Both the position numbers and the translations under genes were made by a program. Of a DNA stretch of 64,000 bases, positions 1 through 11,699 are shown one piece after another. Below the pieces are notes generated by a model. The model had not been told where the DNA came from. It was given only the letters and a program-made list of their open reading frames with translations, and did no database searches. Positions within the stretch are counted from its first letter, which is position 1, and every line of letters begins with the position of its first letter. The stretch comes from Yuukianura sp. NJ FZ-2021 (taxonomy: Eukaryota): positions 1,612,001-1,676,000 of the forward strand of contig CM102283.1 in the NCBI GenBank assembly GCA_046563655.1, given 5' to 3'.

Positions 1-1923
1 ATGCATATTTGAATTCGATTGAGAAGAATCCTACTGGCAGTGCAGCGACTTGGACAAATCTTGGACTTCTGCTCTACGCTTCCGGAAAATTCTTAGACGC
101 TCATCTGTGCTTCAAGCAAGCACAACGATTTGAACCTGGATATGGCGCAGCTTGGATTGGACAAGTAATTCAAAAAATACCAATTAGATTTCAATTTATG
201 AATGAAATTTTACTTCTTTTTTGCAAAACTTTTGATGAAATGTTCCTGAAATGTTTTTTTCGGTTTAGGGACTTGTTGCTGAGAGAATTACGAAAGAAGA
301 TCACTGGACAGATCTGTACCGTCATGCTGCTGGCCTGGAAGAGACAGAAATCCAAGGAAGTCTGTGCTACGCCTTTCACATTGCCAAAATAATGTTGTCC
401 GTTGATAGAACCAAGTTTGACCACCACTACAACTATACCATCAATCACTTGGATGCTCTCAACGTCAGTTTAGAACGAATTGGCCTCTTCAATCTTCGAC
501 GTCCATCGGCAGCCTCTCTCTGTGTTCAGGGAATCCTGGAGAGTCAGCTAGGGCTTTTCGCAACGGCACTGGAAACGTTTGCAAAAGCTGCTCAACTGAC
601 CAAAGATGCTGAGGAATTGCGGAAACTGGAACGCAACAATGTCGCTGTGCTGAAAGAGCTTGGAAGATTCAAAGAACTGCTAGAGCAGATTGACTCTCAT
701 CCGAACAAGGCCTGGAATTTCAAAATCCGAGCATTGGAGGCACTCGCTCTGGAAAAAAGTGAGTTGAGTAAACACTGGAAACGAAAACCAATTTGTTTCA
801 AAATATTTTTACGATGATTTCTGCTTTTTTTTTTCATTGTAGCTGGACAATTTGATCGTGCTTATGCTACTTTTGAAGAACTTCTGCCACGGTGCACCAG
901 TGACACACAGAAAGCAAACATCCTGTTTTCCATGGCCTTGATTTCCAACCGACTCAACGGACTGGACACTGCAAAGACACTTTTCTTTAAGGCGTACGTC
1001 GGAATTGAAAGAATTCCAACCTAATCTTAATCTTAACCTAATCTTAAACCTAACTTTATGCTTTTGTTTGAATAGTTGCGAGTGCGATCCGACACCTCGA
1101 AGCTATACAGCTCTGTGTTCACTTGCTCTTTTGTCTGGTGACCTCCGTCTGGCTCAAGGTGTCGTTCATAGAATGGAACGCAACTTCCAGAAACAGAAGT
1201 ACATTCACACCATTGCACAGTTCAAGTCATTCTCAAACGTGGCTGCGGTGAGTTGGTCATTTGAAATTTTTCAGCATTTTTTTAGTTTCGACTTTTTGTT
1301 TTTATGTTTGGAAAGTTTTTCTGAAACTGATTATTTTTTTGTCAGGGCGCCGATCCCTTGTCAGCTCTACGCGGCATCCTATCCTTCATCCGGAAGTATC
1401 CAAGAAGTGGAAAGCTATGGACAGTACTTGGCAATCACTTTATAAACTTTCAAAGTGAGGGCAGAATGGGCCGACGGGCGCTGACTGCAGCGTCTGTTCT
1501 TGGAGAACAAGCGACTCAACCAGCCATTGCACTCACTTATCTCCTGGAAGGAGACCTGGAACGAGCATTGAAAGAAGCCCAGAAAGGAATTCTCCAAAAC
1601 CCTAACCAACTGGCGCCAATTGCAATACTAGTCGCTACGCTTGCTGCCAAGTATGTTCCAAATTCAAAATGTTTTCAGTTTCAAAATTTTGAACTTATTA
1701 GTCAGGAAGTTTGACGTTTTATCAGTTTTTGGTGTGCTTTTCATACTTACTCGTTTTTTCGTGTTCCAGAGAAGCGTCCGTTGGTTCTACTTCTGTCTAT
1801 GCTGTAAATTTGGCCCGAAAAGGAGTGGACATGGTGGCCAATGATAAGGTTTCCATAGATGATCGAACCGAATCACTCCACAAATGGCTTCAAGAGTACT
1901 TGGCAATTGCATGCGCTGCGTAA
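1..1923 (+). CDS. TTC37: SKI3/TTC37 superkiller-complex TPR protein, 3' exons (5' end outside window)
   Basis: GT-AG exons <1-164, 269-758, 843-993, 1076-1247, 1346-1650, 1770-1923 (TAA). Spliced peptide TWTNLGLL...AHLCFKQAQRFEPGYGAAWIGQ|GLVAE...DLYRHAAGL resembles the TTC37 segment WTNLGVLY...FKMAQSLDP...WIGQALIAE...DLFRH. Confidence 0.85.
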
Positions 1924-2347
1924 CAAGTTTATGGCAACGTGGAACACAAGAGATTTATACAGTCTTCCAGAGATCTCAGAGATTTCTAAAATTCTTTGTT
2001 GTACTTGTAACATTGTTGTGTTTTTCGGAACAAGTTTCATACAATTTTGAAACTTTTTCTAGGAAAAATAAAATGGTTTGTCTCTCGGGATTAATGTTTT
2101 CACTTGGTGAATTCGTCAATTCGTGAAAAGTAAAAACTTGAAAAATGGATTGGAAAGATCAAAGATCAACAGAACTTTTCAGTATCAATTGTTTGATCAA
2201 TTTGAGCATTGTGCTAAACAATTACATTCACAACAGGTTAGATTTTAATGGCACAAATTATGTTCGAAATCGAAATTTTAATTTAAAACAATTTTGGATA
2301 AAAATGAAACAATTTTTCAATTTTTTGAGTCATATATTTTTAAAAAA

Positions 2348-5265
2348 TTATTTTCGTAATGTAAGCTCGCCAGCCTTTAACTTTTTGAACATTTCTAAAG
2401 TAAGCGTCTCAAATTTCTTGTCAAGCAAAATGTACAATTTGTCTCCCGGATTCAGTTTCTCCACATCGTACCCGTATTTTTTGAAATCCGTTTTCTTTAA
2501 TTTATAAGTCACTGCAACACGTAAAAAATGAAAATTTTAATAATTTTTCGTAAAATTTTGAAAATGAAAGTTAAGCAGCTTACCTGTGTCTTCAATGGTA
2601 GAAACAATTTTGATAAAGTGCGGTTGCGCAAAGTGAGGCAAATTTTCAAGAAGTTCTTTCGTAATGGAGTGGACGTCAAGAATTTTGAGTGGATCTGCAA
2701 TTACTGCCATGGCAACGGAGCCATCAACGTTCGGCACTTTGACGCCAAAAACGATCACTTCGTGCCGACTTTTGGTGATTTTGTTGATGACGTCTTCCAC
2801 TTCTGATGCGGAAACATTTTCACCTTTGAACCGAATACTGTCACCAATCCTGTCTTGGAAGTAGATGTAACCCAGGTCATCTCTTACACAAAGGTCGCCT
2901 AATCACGAAAAAAAATCACAAAAATTTTGAGAGTCTTTTCGAAATCAAAAAGTTCAACATTATTGAAGCTACCAACCTGATCTAAAAAACTTGTCTCCAG
3001 GTTTCAACACGCTTTCCAGGACGTTTCTTTTTGAGGCCACAGCGTCTCCAGCATAACTATAGATTTTGAAAAAAAAAAGTTTTGTAGAAGTTCTTCAAAA
3101 ATTTTGAACATTGAAAATGTTTTTTGAAAAGTTGTTCCACACCCTTTGTAGTCTCGTCGCGGTTCTCCTGCAACAATTTGTCCAACGATTTCCCCTGGTT
3201 CTCCAATTTCTGATTGAACAACTAATCCAGTTTTGGGATCTCTGATTGGCTGATCCTCTTCGTCCAACTTGATCAGTGTGACAGGGAAACGTTTACGTAG
3301 AAGTGGTGGTATAAATCCAATGGCACCCGGATGACCGTGAATGTTGACTAAAAACAAAAATCAGTTGCAAAAATTCTGAAAACAGGTTTTTTGAAACTAA
3401 ATTTTTGAAATTTTGAAGGTTGCTTACAAATTTGGCAATTTCCTTCGGTTGAACCATACATTTCTTGGATAAGTGGAACTTTGAACCGATTTTGAAAATG
3501 AGCCCACACTTCTGGACGTAGCCCAATACCACTCATTGCTCGTAGTGAATGCTGCGTTTCTTCTGGGGTCACCGGATGCTTCAGCAAGTACCGGCAAATT
3601 TCTCCAATGTACTGCGCCACCTACATGACAACATTTTGTATTATACAATACGTATAATATGTATATATGATATTGTATAATATGTATAACATGTATAAAT
3701 GTTTAAAATATATAATATAATATGTGGCTTAATATAGCTTTTATATTTGATGCTTTACCGTAACATTGTACTTGATACAGTCCTTCCAGAATTCGGTGGC
3801 AGAAAATTTTGAACGGAAAGCTAGAGGAACTGAATTGCACAGAGCATATCCGACTGCAACAATTCCTCCGACTGAAAAACAAATTTCATTATGGTTTTCA
3901 AAATTATGATGTTTTAAAAAACAATGAGATTTTTAACTTTTTGTTTTGGATTTTTACACGAGTGTTGCAGTGGAAGTGTTGTGTACATGATGTCTTCTTT
4001 TTTCATGCCAACGAATACGTGCATTCCTAACGATATCGTCAGATACCTTCAGAAAAACAACTTATTTGTCTAAAACTTTTTCATTTTTTCATTACTTCAT
4101 AGCAAATTTTCAGTTTTTCAAAGACAGTTTGGTTTGGGAAACGCACCTCGACTGTTTTATAATTGCTGCCTTTGGAACTACAAATGAAATAAATTGAAAA
4201 TTAAACTTTGGTAAACTTTTGTATTAATTTGATTTAAAAAGCTTGAGTTATTTTTCATTTTTCAGAACTTTTCAGTTTTTGTGAAAACTCACGTCCGGTT
4301 GTTCCTGAAGTGTAAATGTACATGAGGTCATCGCCATAATCGACAGGGATCTTGGGCACTGGAGTTTGAGCGCCAGTTTTCAAAATGTCTTTGTCTAAAT
4401 CCGTTGCACGAGACAGCAGACCACGGTCTCCCACGCCAGCACAAAATACTGGAACGCTGGATTCGCCCCGGGGATAAACTCCGTCCAGCACTTCAAAAAA
4501 TTCAGAAATTAATTTTTTCAAAAAACTTTCATTTTTTCAGGTTTTAACGTTTCGATTTTTAAATTTTTGGAAGAAATCTCCTATAATCTACCTTCCGAAA
4601 GCTCGTAGCCACAAATAATTCCTTTCGGTTTGACAACTTCGATGGAGCGTTTGAGCATGTCATGAGTCAAGCTAGAGTTGACCAGAGCCGAAACGACGCC
4701 AATCTGTAATTCGATGTAAATTTACAAATATTTTAAGCAACTTTTCAAAAAACTTTTCAAATTCTGAAAGATTTTTCTTTAAATACTGATACTAGCTTAC
4801 GTACTTTGCTCAATCCCAACCATGTTGTGACCAGTTCCAAGCGATTACTCATAAAAAGTGACACGACGTCTCCTTTGACAAATCCTTGTTGTAAAAAGTA
4901 GTTGCCAATTCGATTACTTTCAGCTTCAACTTCACCGTACGTCCACACTTTATCGTTATGATAAAAACAAGCTTTTCCAGGAACGCGTTTTGCCAGAGCA
5001 TCGAAAACACTTCCGACGGTTTCATTCTTTCGTTGCTGAGCTCGCAGTAGCATGGTAGCTTTCCCCATCCGATAAAACATTCTGTAACAAACCAAAAATT
5101 GTCATTCGTGTTTTGCACTTCGAAAATTTAAAATTTTGTTCTAAACTTTTGAAATACGTTGACATATTCCAGAAAACCCAGCCTTACCCAGCATCTCGTG
5201 GTAGCGTTTTTATCCATGAGTACGTCATTCTATGAATCCGATTTTTTAAAAACAAGTTCAGTCTT
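2348..5265 (-). CDS. Fatp: Long-chain fatty acid transport protein / very-long-chain acyl-CoA synthetase (SLC27/FATP family), multi-exon
   Basis: AMP-binding motif YIYTSGTTG|LPKAA spans an intron; QYIGEICRYLL, EMYGSTEGN, N-terminal TLPRD and GENVS motifs present. Ends ...KAGELTLRK-TAA at 2350-2348. Start codon uncertain (candidate ATG at 5228). Confidence 0.9.
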
Positions 5266-6106
5266 CTAAAAAAAATCTTTACAAAAAAATTACAACTAGA
5301 AATCCTACTTTTAAGTTGTTTTCCAGCAGTTGAGAATTTCAAAAGTTGAAACTTTCACGTTAACAATCGTCTGAAAACTAGTTGTTTAATTTGTGGAGTA
5401 TTTTGGTGATAGTAGAGGGTGGACTTGTTAAAATCTGGATGATATTGCAAGTGGTTTTGATAGAAGTGGATAGACAGGGTAATGAACTTGTTCTTAAACC
5501 CATCAATGTTCCATTTGAGTATATGGTACTTGTAACTTCAGATCTTCAATTCAAAGGCAATGTGTCGGCCTTGGACTTTTGGATTCTGGACGCCTGACCA
5601 TAGCAAAGAAACAAAAAAAAAAACGGAGTAACATGTATGAAAAGAGGATCTGTCCATCCGTCGGCCTTTTCCTATTGTTCTGTATGTCCGAAATAAAAAT
5701 AGAACATTGAAATTCATGAGAAAAATGTATTAATAAATAATGCTTATGAAATGTTAAATATAGAAAGGACAAAGTGGTGCCCAAAAACTCGAGAAAAAAG
5801 TTTTCTATTCGAAACTGAATTTGAGTCTTCCCTTAAAGCAAATTATTACTGCACCGTAGTACATTTATCCCCGTGCACACATATCTAAAAAAAATCATGT
5901 TTTTACATTGGAGGTTATAAGTTTTTAAGTTTTAACAAAATTATGAACAATAATTCACTAAGATTCACTAACACATTCAATCCCAACATTTATCTGCGTA
6001 ACAAAAAGAAAATCTTCTGATCACCGGAAAAGAAGATTAGCGGCGATACCTTACTTTAAACTGATTTTAAACAAAACGTTTTTGCTTAAACAAAAACGAC
6101 TTTGTG

Positions 6107-6681
6107 TTAATTCTCTTCATGTCCATGTTCTTCAAATCCGTCACTTTCGGTAATCAAAGCTCGTTCTAAAATGACACGCCCTTCTTTGTAGCGCTGATTC
6201 TCTTCTGTAGCAAATTCGTAAATCCATCCCAGCTTCGCGTCGCAGTTCTTGCATGACACGTCTCGAACCATATGACGTCCAGTCAGCATCACTCGATCTT
6301 GAACTTCACTAAAAGTTATAAAAGAAAGGAAACTCGTGATTAATTCATCACATGGCATTGAATATGAGAAAATCGTCGATTCCATAATGAAAAACGTTTT
6401 GCTACATAAACCTTGCATGGGTACAAGTACAACAACACTGAATTTGACTTGCGAAACTGAATGGCCTTGCAAAACGATTGTTTACAATCATAATCGTCAG
6501 CAGCTTAAATGGTTATATACCTGCTCGTAATGTTGACAACTTTTGTAAAAAGGAAGGCTCTTCCAGTTGCTCCAGTAAATCGAGTACTGATCAATTCAGC
6601 ACGATTCGTTAGAAATGTGTCACAGGAGGCACAGGAAAACAATCGATGACCTCCAAAATGTTCCAAGAATACCCGTCCCAT
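6107..6681 (-). CDS. YPEL5: Protein yippee / YPEL5-like
   Basis: Two exons, 6681-6521 ([45 protein letters not shown]...) and 6308-6107 ([52 protein letters not shown]...). Two CxxC pairs. Confidence 0.95.
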
Positions 6682-8475
6682 TCTCGTTGCCCTGCAAATT
6701 TATTCACTATGTCAATTCAGCTCCTTATTTTGTCAAATGTTAAATTCTCTCACCAATTAACGCTTAACCAAATCCAGAAAGCAGAAAATGAACAATCAAT
6801 CGAGCAGATCCAGGAAATCTAGATCAGATGTTCTTGGTTAATTTTTGTCAATCATCAGCTGTTTTTGTTTACTTTCTTGGGTGCTCAGGTGGAAGTAAGG
6901 AGTAAGTAGCCTCATGTTCCCCAACAGCGTAGCCACTCCGGCCATTTTATGTGGCTACAATAGACGGCTACACCTGAGCTGCAGCTTTTGTAGCCACCTC
7001 AAAGACATCTGACGTAGAGTGGCAAGATTAAGTTGCCATTCACTGTAGCCACGCATCGTAGCTGCGAAGTGGATACGTAGTGCAATGTGCAATAATGGTC
7101 GGAGTGTTTCCTTTTTTCCTTATGATGCTGTAAATTTCGCGCTATTTTAAATTGGCGTCTTTTTCAGTCACGGTCTTACTAACACCAAATTAGACACGCA
7201 AAATGGAAAATTTTCAATTAAAAAGGCATAAAATCCCCATCTAATTAAAAATTAAATTTAGTAAACAAATATTTACAACTCTTAGTCAAATAAACTGAGA
7301 CCAATTAAATTACATCTCGCATCTGAATCACTTCCCTAATCTTAAAAAACGACTTCTAAACAAGGACAGGTCAGTTTTCCAAAAAATAAATTATAATTTA
7401 AGTCATAAATCATCAGTTTTATGAAAACCTTTCTGATTACATCATTTCATCAATAATTTTTACAACCTTGGTTTCTTAAACTTCAAGGTCGTCTTTATCA
7501 AGGTTAAGGTTTAAAGCAATTTACTGTCAGGTTGATCAATTCATAGCGGAAGTGGACTTTAAAAACGCAAATTCGACATGGCAATTTGAATCACATTTTA
7601 CGACAAAACTTTTCAAATTGAAAAGATTTCTTTCTTCGTCTTTTCATTTCTGTTTTATTACAACTGCAGTTTTCTAAAACTTAACAACTTGGTGCATCCT
7701 GTAATTAAAATGGGGTTGAGGTAATATTTATAATTAACTAAAAAACTATTTTGAAAAGAACGAAATCTTATTAAAATCTTTCAAAAAAAAAGTTCGTTAA
7801 GGTGGCCTATTAAAATACCTTTAGCGTCACAACGTCCTGTGCTAAATTATTTCACTTAAAGCCTATTATTTTACAAAAATCAAAACAAAAAGTTGGAAGA
7901 TGGAAACACCACCGTGAGATAATTTTGATGACATGACAAAGTTTTTCCTTTTGTTTGTGGTCATTACTTGAAGACATCCTTCAGAAAAGAACGAAATCAT
8001 GCTAAGAAAAGAGAAATATGGAATTATTATATAAAATAGGTTTAAGGTTAGAGTAACAACCATAAAGAACGTGAAATGCCTCCAGTCTTTTTTTCAGTTC
8101 GTGTCATTTGACTTCCACTTTGATTGTCTCTCCCTCTTAAACTTAAAAGTTGACGCAGTTCAGTTCCAAATGGCACTTTAAGATGTTGAGTGATCGCAAT
8201 CGGAGCAAACTCTCTTCTACAGTGACATTTGACATAAAACACGAAAGATATTATGTACATTACAGTAAATAGGTAGTTTAAATAAATTAATCAATAGTAC
8301 GTAAAATAATATAATCAGTGCAAGTTCAGTAGTCAGTGTTGTGATTATGTAATTCGACCAATCAGTAATCATCAGGAATCGTAGATTCTTCTTTTTTTTT
8401 CTACGGTGTACTCTACTAAAAAAAACAAATTTCGAAATTTAACACTTTTTTTAAATCAAACTTTTTTTTTGAAAA

Positions 8476-11189
8476 ATGGAACATTGGCAAGTGACTGCGC
8501 TATTCCTGTTTGTGTTGGGACTTGTACGAGAATTCAAACCGTCGGAACCGTTTTTCCTGGAGTACGCAATCGATGACACGAAGCACACTTCACATTACGT
8601 AAGAACTATGAATTGGGTGTGAAATTTTGGAAATTTCGAAAATTAATTAACAAAAATGTTTTGTTTTTTCAAAATTTTGAAATTTAGATGATCCACAGTA
8701 TCCTCCCAATTACCACATACGGAGGATTACCTGCATTACTTGTAATTTTATTTGTAACGGATCTGCTGCGGTACAAGCCAGTCATCATCGTCGGTGGACT
8801 TTGCTCCGTTGTATCATGGGCCATCGTCATCTTTGCCTATGACCATACGCCCTACGTTGAGGTAAAATTTTCCAAAAAATAAAATTTGGAACTATTTTCA
8901 AAAATTTTGAAATTTTGAAATTCCAGATTCGGCAAGTAGTTGAAGCAGTATCAATCGCCTCAGAAGTGGGTTACTTTACATACATGTACGCCAATGTGGA
9001 CCACACTCACTACATGATCGTCACATCTCTGACACATGCGGCTTTACACACAGGTCGATTTCTGGGCAGCCTCACAGGTCAACTGCTCATTTCAGAAGCA
9101 GACATGCAGGTCAAGTATGTTAATTACGTGACCTTGGGAGGTGTCACACTGGCCTTCGTAGCAAGTCTATTTCTGCCCAAGACCAAAAGAGCCATCTACT
9201 TCCGCTCCAGACACTCCGTTGTGGCCACTTTGGCCTCGAAGATGAACTGCCCATCCCCACATGACCTGCATGACCTTCGATCTGTCAAAGAAGTGACCAG
9301 GAGGTCACGGTTGGTCAACTCTGCCAAGGCCTTCTACTCTGACATGTACACAGCCTACTCCAATAGATACATACTTCGGTGGTCCATTTGGTGGTCCATG
9401 GCCATGGCAGTCTACTTGCAAGTTGGACTTTACGTAGAGTCACTATGGAGACACATTGAACATGAAACGGAACAGACAGTGTACAACGGCGCAGTGGATG
9501 CTGCCCAAGCACTGCTCAGTGAGTCTGCGCAGATCTGCTTTTGCATTCTATGTGCAGAGTTTTTCGATATACTGCTATAGTTTGTTTCTTTTTAGAAGGC
9601 TGTTTTCAATTTTTAAAAAATTTTAGTCGCCTTATCTGACATATAAATTAACCATTTTTTTTAAATTTTGTATAAAAAACGTAATGGAAAAGTGGTTTTC
9701 CATAAGCGACGTAATGGACAGCAACGAAAAAATCCGCCTTCTAAAAAGACAAAAGCTGCTGTAGAATCTTATTGCTCATAAATTTAAATTAGGAAACAAA
9801 TTGCATGCATTCCAGTTAGGAAACAAATTCGGCATGTTCAACACCAGGAAATAAATTGCGCAATTTCAAGTCAGAAAACAAATTGCGAAAATTCAAAGTT
9901 AGAAGAATTTGCTAAGCTTAAGGTTGTAGTAGTCTAAATTTTTCTTTTTTGAAATTTGAAACAGGCGCCATTTTGGGCATGAGCGTTGCCTACGTGAAGA
10001 TCCCTTGGAACAAAATGGGCGAATTTTACTTGACGTTTATTTCGTTCATCCAAGGCGGAGCGCTGATTCTCATGTCACAAGCAGCCAATCTCTATTTGAA
10101 CTACGCTGGATACATTTTGTACCAAACGCTGTTCCAAGTCATGATCATCGTTGTCACGTAAGAATCAACTTCTGTTAAATTTAGCAAGCTTAATGTTACA
10201 TTAGCACAGTGTTGGTGGACGCTTAAACGTCCAGTGGCACTTCCAGTGGATATCCACTGGAAGAAATGCAACCCAAATGGACGAAACTAAAAGTGGATGG
10301 AAGAAATCACTTTTGCGCGAAATTCAAATCAATTTAAGTTTAAACTTACGAAATGATATCAGAAAGCTTTACTTTCGCACATTATAGTTTATATATTATA
10401 TAAAACATATTCAAAAACGATATTTACGTAGTTTTTGTACTGTGTTTTCATGTTTTTTAGTTCTTCGTAGTCAATTAATTGAAATTCGGAGGTCAAAGCT
10501 CCGCCCCTTTCGATTCATCCATTTCGTCTATTTCTTCCACTGGATATCCAGCCGTGGATGAAATGTCGAAAAAGTGGATATCCACCAACACTGCATTAGC
10601 ACAACTCTAGCCTAATCCTTGACTTAATCCAACGTAACTAATGCTATTCAGCGTTGAATTTCAACTTTAACTTGGACATGAAACAGTCAGAAACTGGAAA
10701 AGGAGAAAAGTTGAGAACTTTGTTTTTTCGAAAAGTGAATTCAACCGAAACTATTTTTTTGTCGTTTTTGTCAACTTTGTGACTTCTTCTTTCTTTTTTT
10801 GCGTAATTTTAGACTAAAGAAAGGTCTTCTTTTCTTTTAATTTTTTTGTAATTTCCAGAGCGGAAGTGGCAGAAGGCGTGAACGAAAGCAGTGAAGCCTT
10901 TATTTTTGGACTGAACACGGTCTTCTCTATGCTTCTCCAGAATTTAGTCACTTTTGCTGTCACAAGTGAATTCGGATTCGTTCTGGACATTCGAGAAGAG
11001 TTTTTAGTTTACGGTGGTCTCACTTTGCTCCTCGGCATTGTCTTTTTCGCAATTGCACTTCAGAGCAGGCGCAGACTGTTTGAACTCGGAAGAAGAAATG
11101 AGCAGCAACGACAAGTCGATAGAGCACACGAACTATCTAGTACTATGGCCTCAATTCACACAAGAAAATCGTCAGTCGCCTCTATTTAA
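8476..11189 (+). CDS. SLC19 family thiamine / reduced-folate transporter
   Basis: Exons 8476-8598, 8688-8861, 8927-9518, 9965-10157, 10859-11189. Family motifs EFKPSEPF, TDLLRYKPVII, ASEVGYFTYMY, WSIWWS, YNGAVDA and FIFGLNT; many hydrophobic segments. Confidence 0.9.
10207..10593. mobile_element. Non-autonomous hAT-type MITE (387 bp) in SLC19 intron 4
   Basis: 13-bp TIR CAGTGTTGGTGGA...TCCACCAACACTG; perfect 8-bp TSD CATTAGCA (10199-10206 and 10594-10601); subterminal TGGATATCCA palindromes. Confidence 0.9.
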
Positions 11190-11586
11190 CAACCATTTCA
11201 AAATTAACAAGAAATTTAAAAAAAAAATTTTTTTTAATTTTCCATTTTGATCATTTCGAAATTACCGCATTTAGGAAACGTCAAAATGACAAAACGCGTG
11301 CTTAGTCTCTCTCAAATTTGCCAATAAAGTCTCAAATTCCTCGAAATTCTGAGGCATTTTTTCTCTTGAATTGCATATAAACTATCTTGGAAACAAAAGG
11401 AGTCGCAAAGTACAAAGAAAAGTTGAGTGATGGATTTATTATTTGGATTTTGAAAACTATGGCGAGGTTCATCATCGTCAAAATAAATTGAGCATTAAAC
11501 TTGTCACCCTTTGTCTGTTCATTTAAATTTATTTCAACCATAGCAGACTGCGTTTTAGTAAGCGCAGTTGTTGGGTTGTAAAAGTT

Positions 11587-11594
11587 TATAAAAG
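11587..11594 (+). promoter_or_regulatory. Candidate TATA box of amine oxidase copy 1
   Basis: TATAAAAG about 110 bp upstream of ATG 11700; retained at 21765-21772 in the duplicated upstream region of copy 5. Confidence 0.45.
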
Positions 11595-11699
11595 TGGCAC
11601 AAACATGTATAAGTTAAAACAAAAATTAACGCTGGATACAATATTTTGAAATTATTTGAAAATTGCAAGTTAATATTTAACTTTAGAAACTATTTTGAG

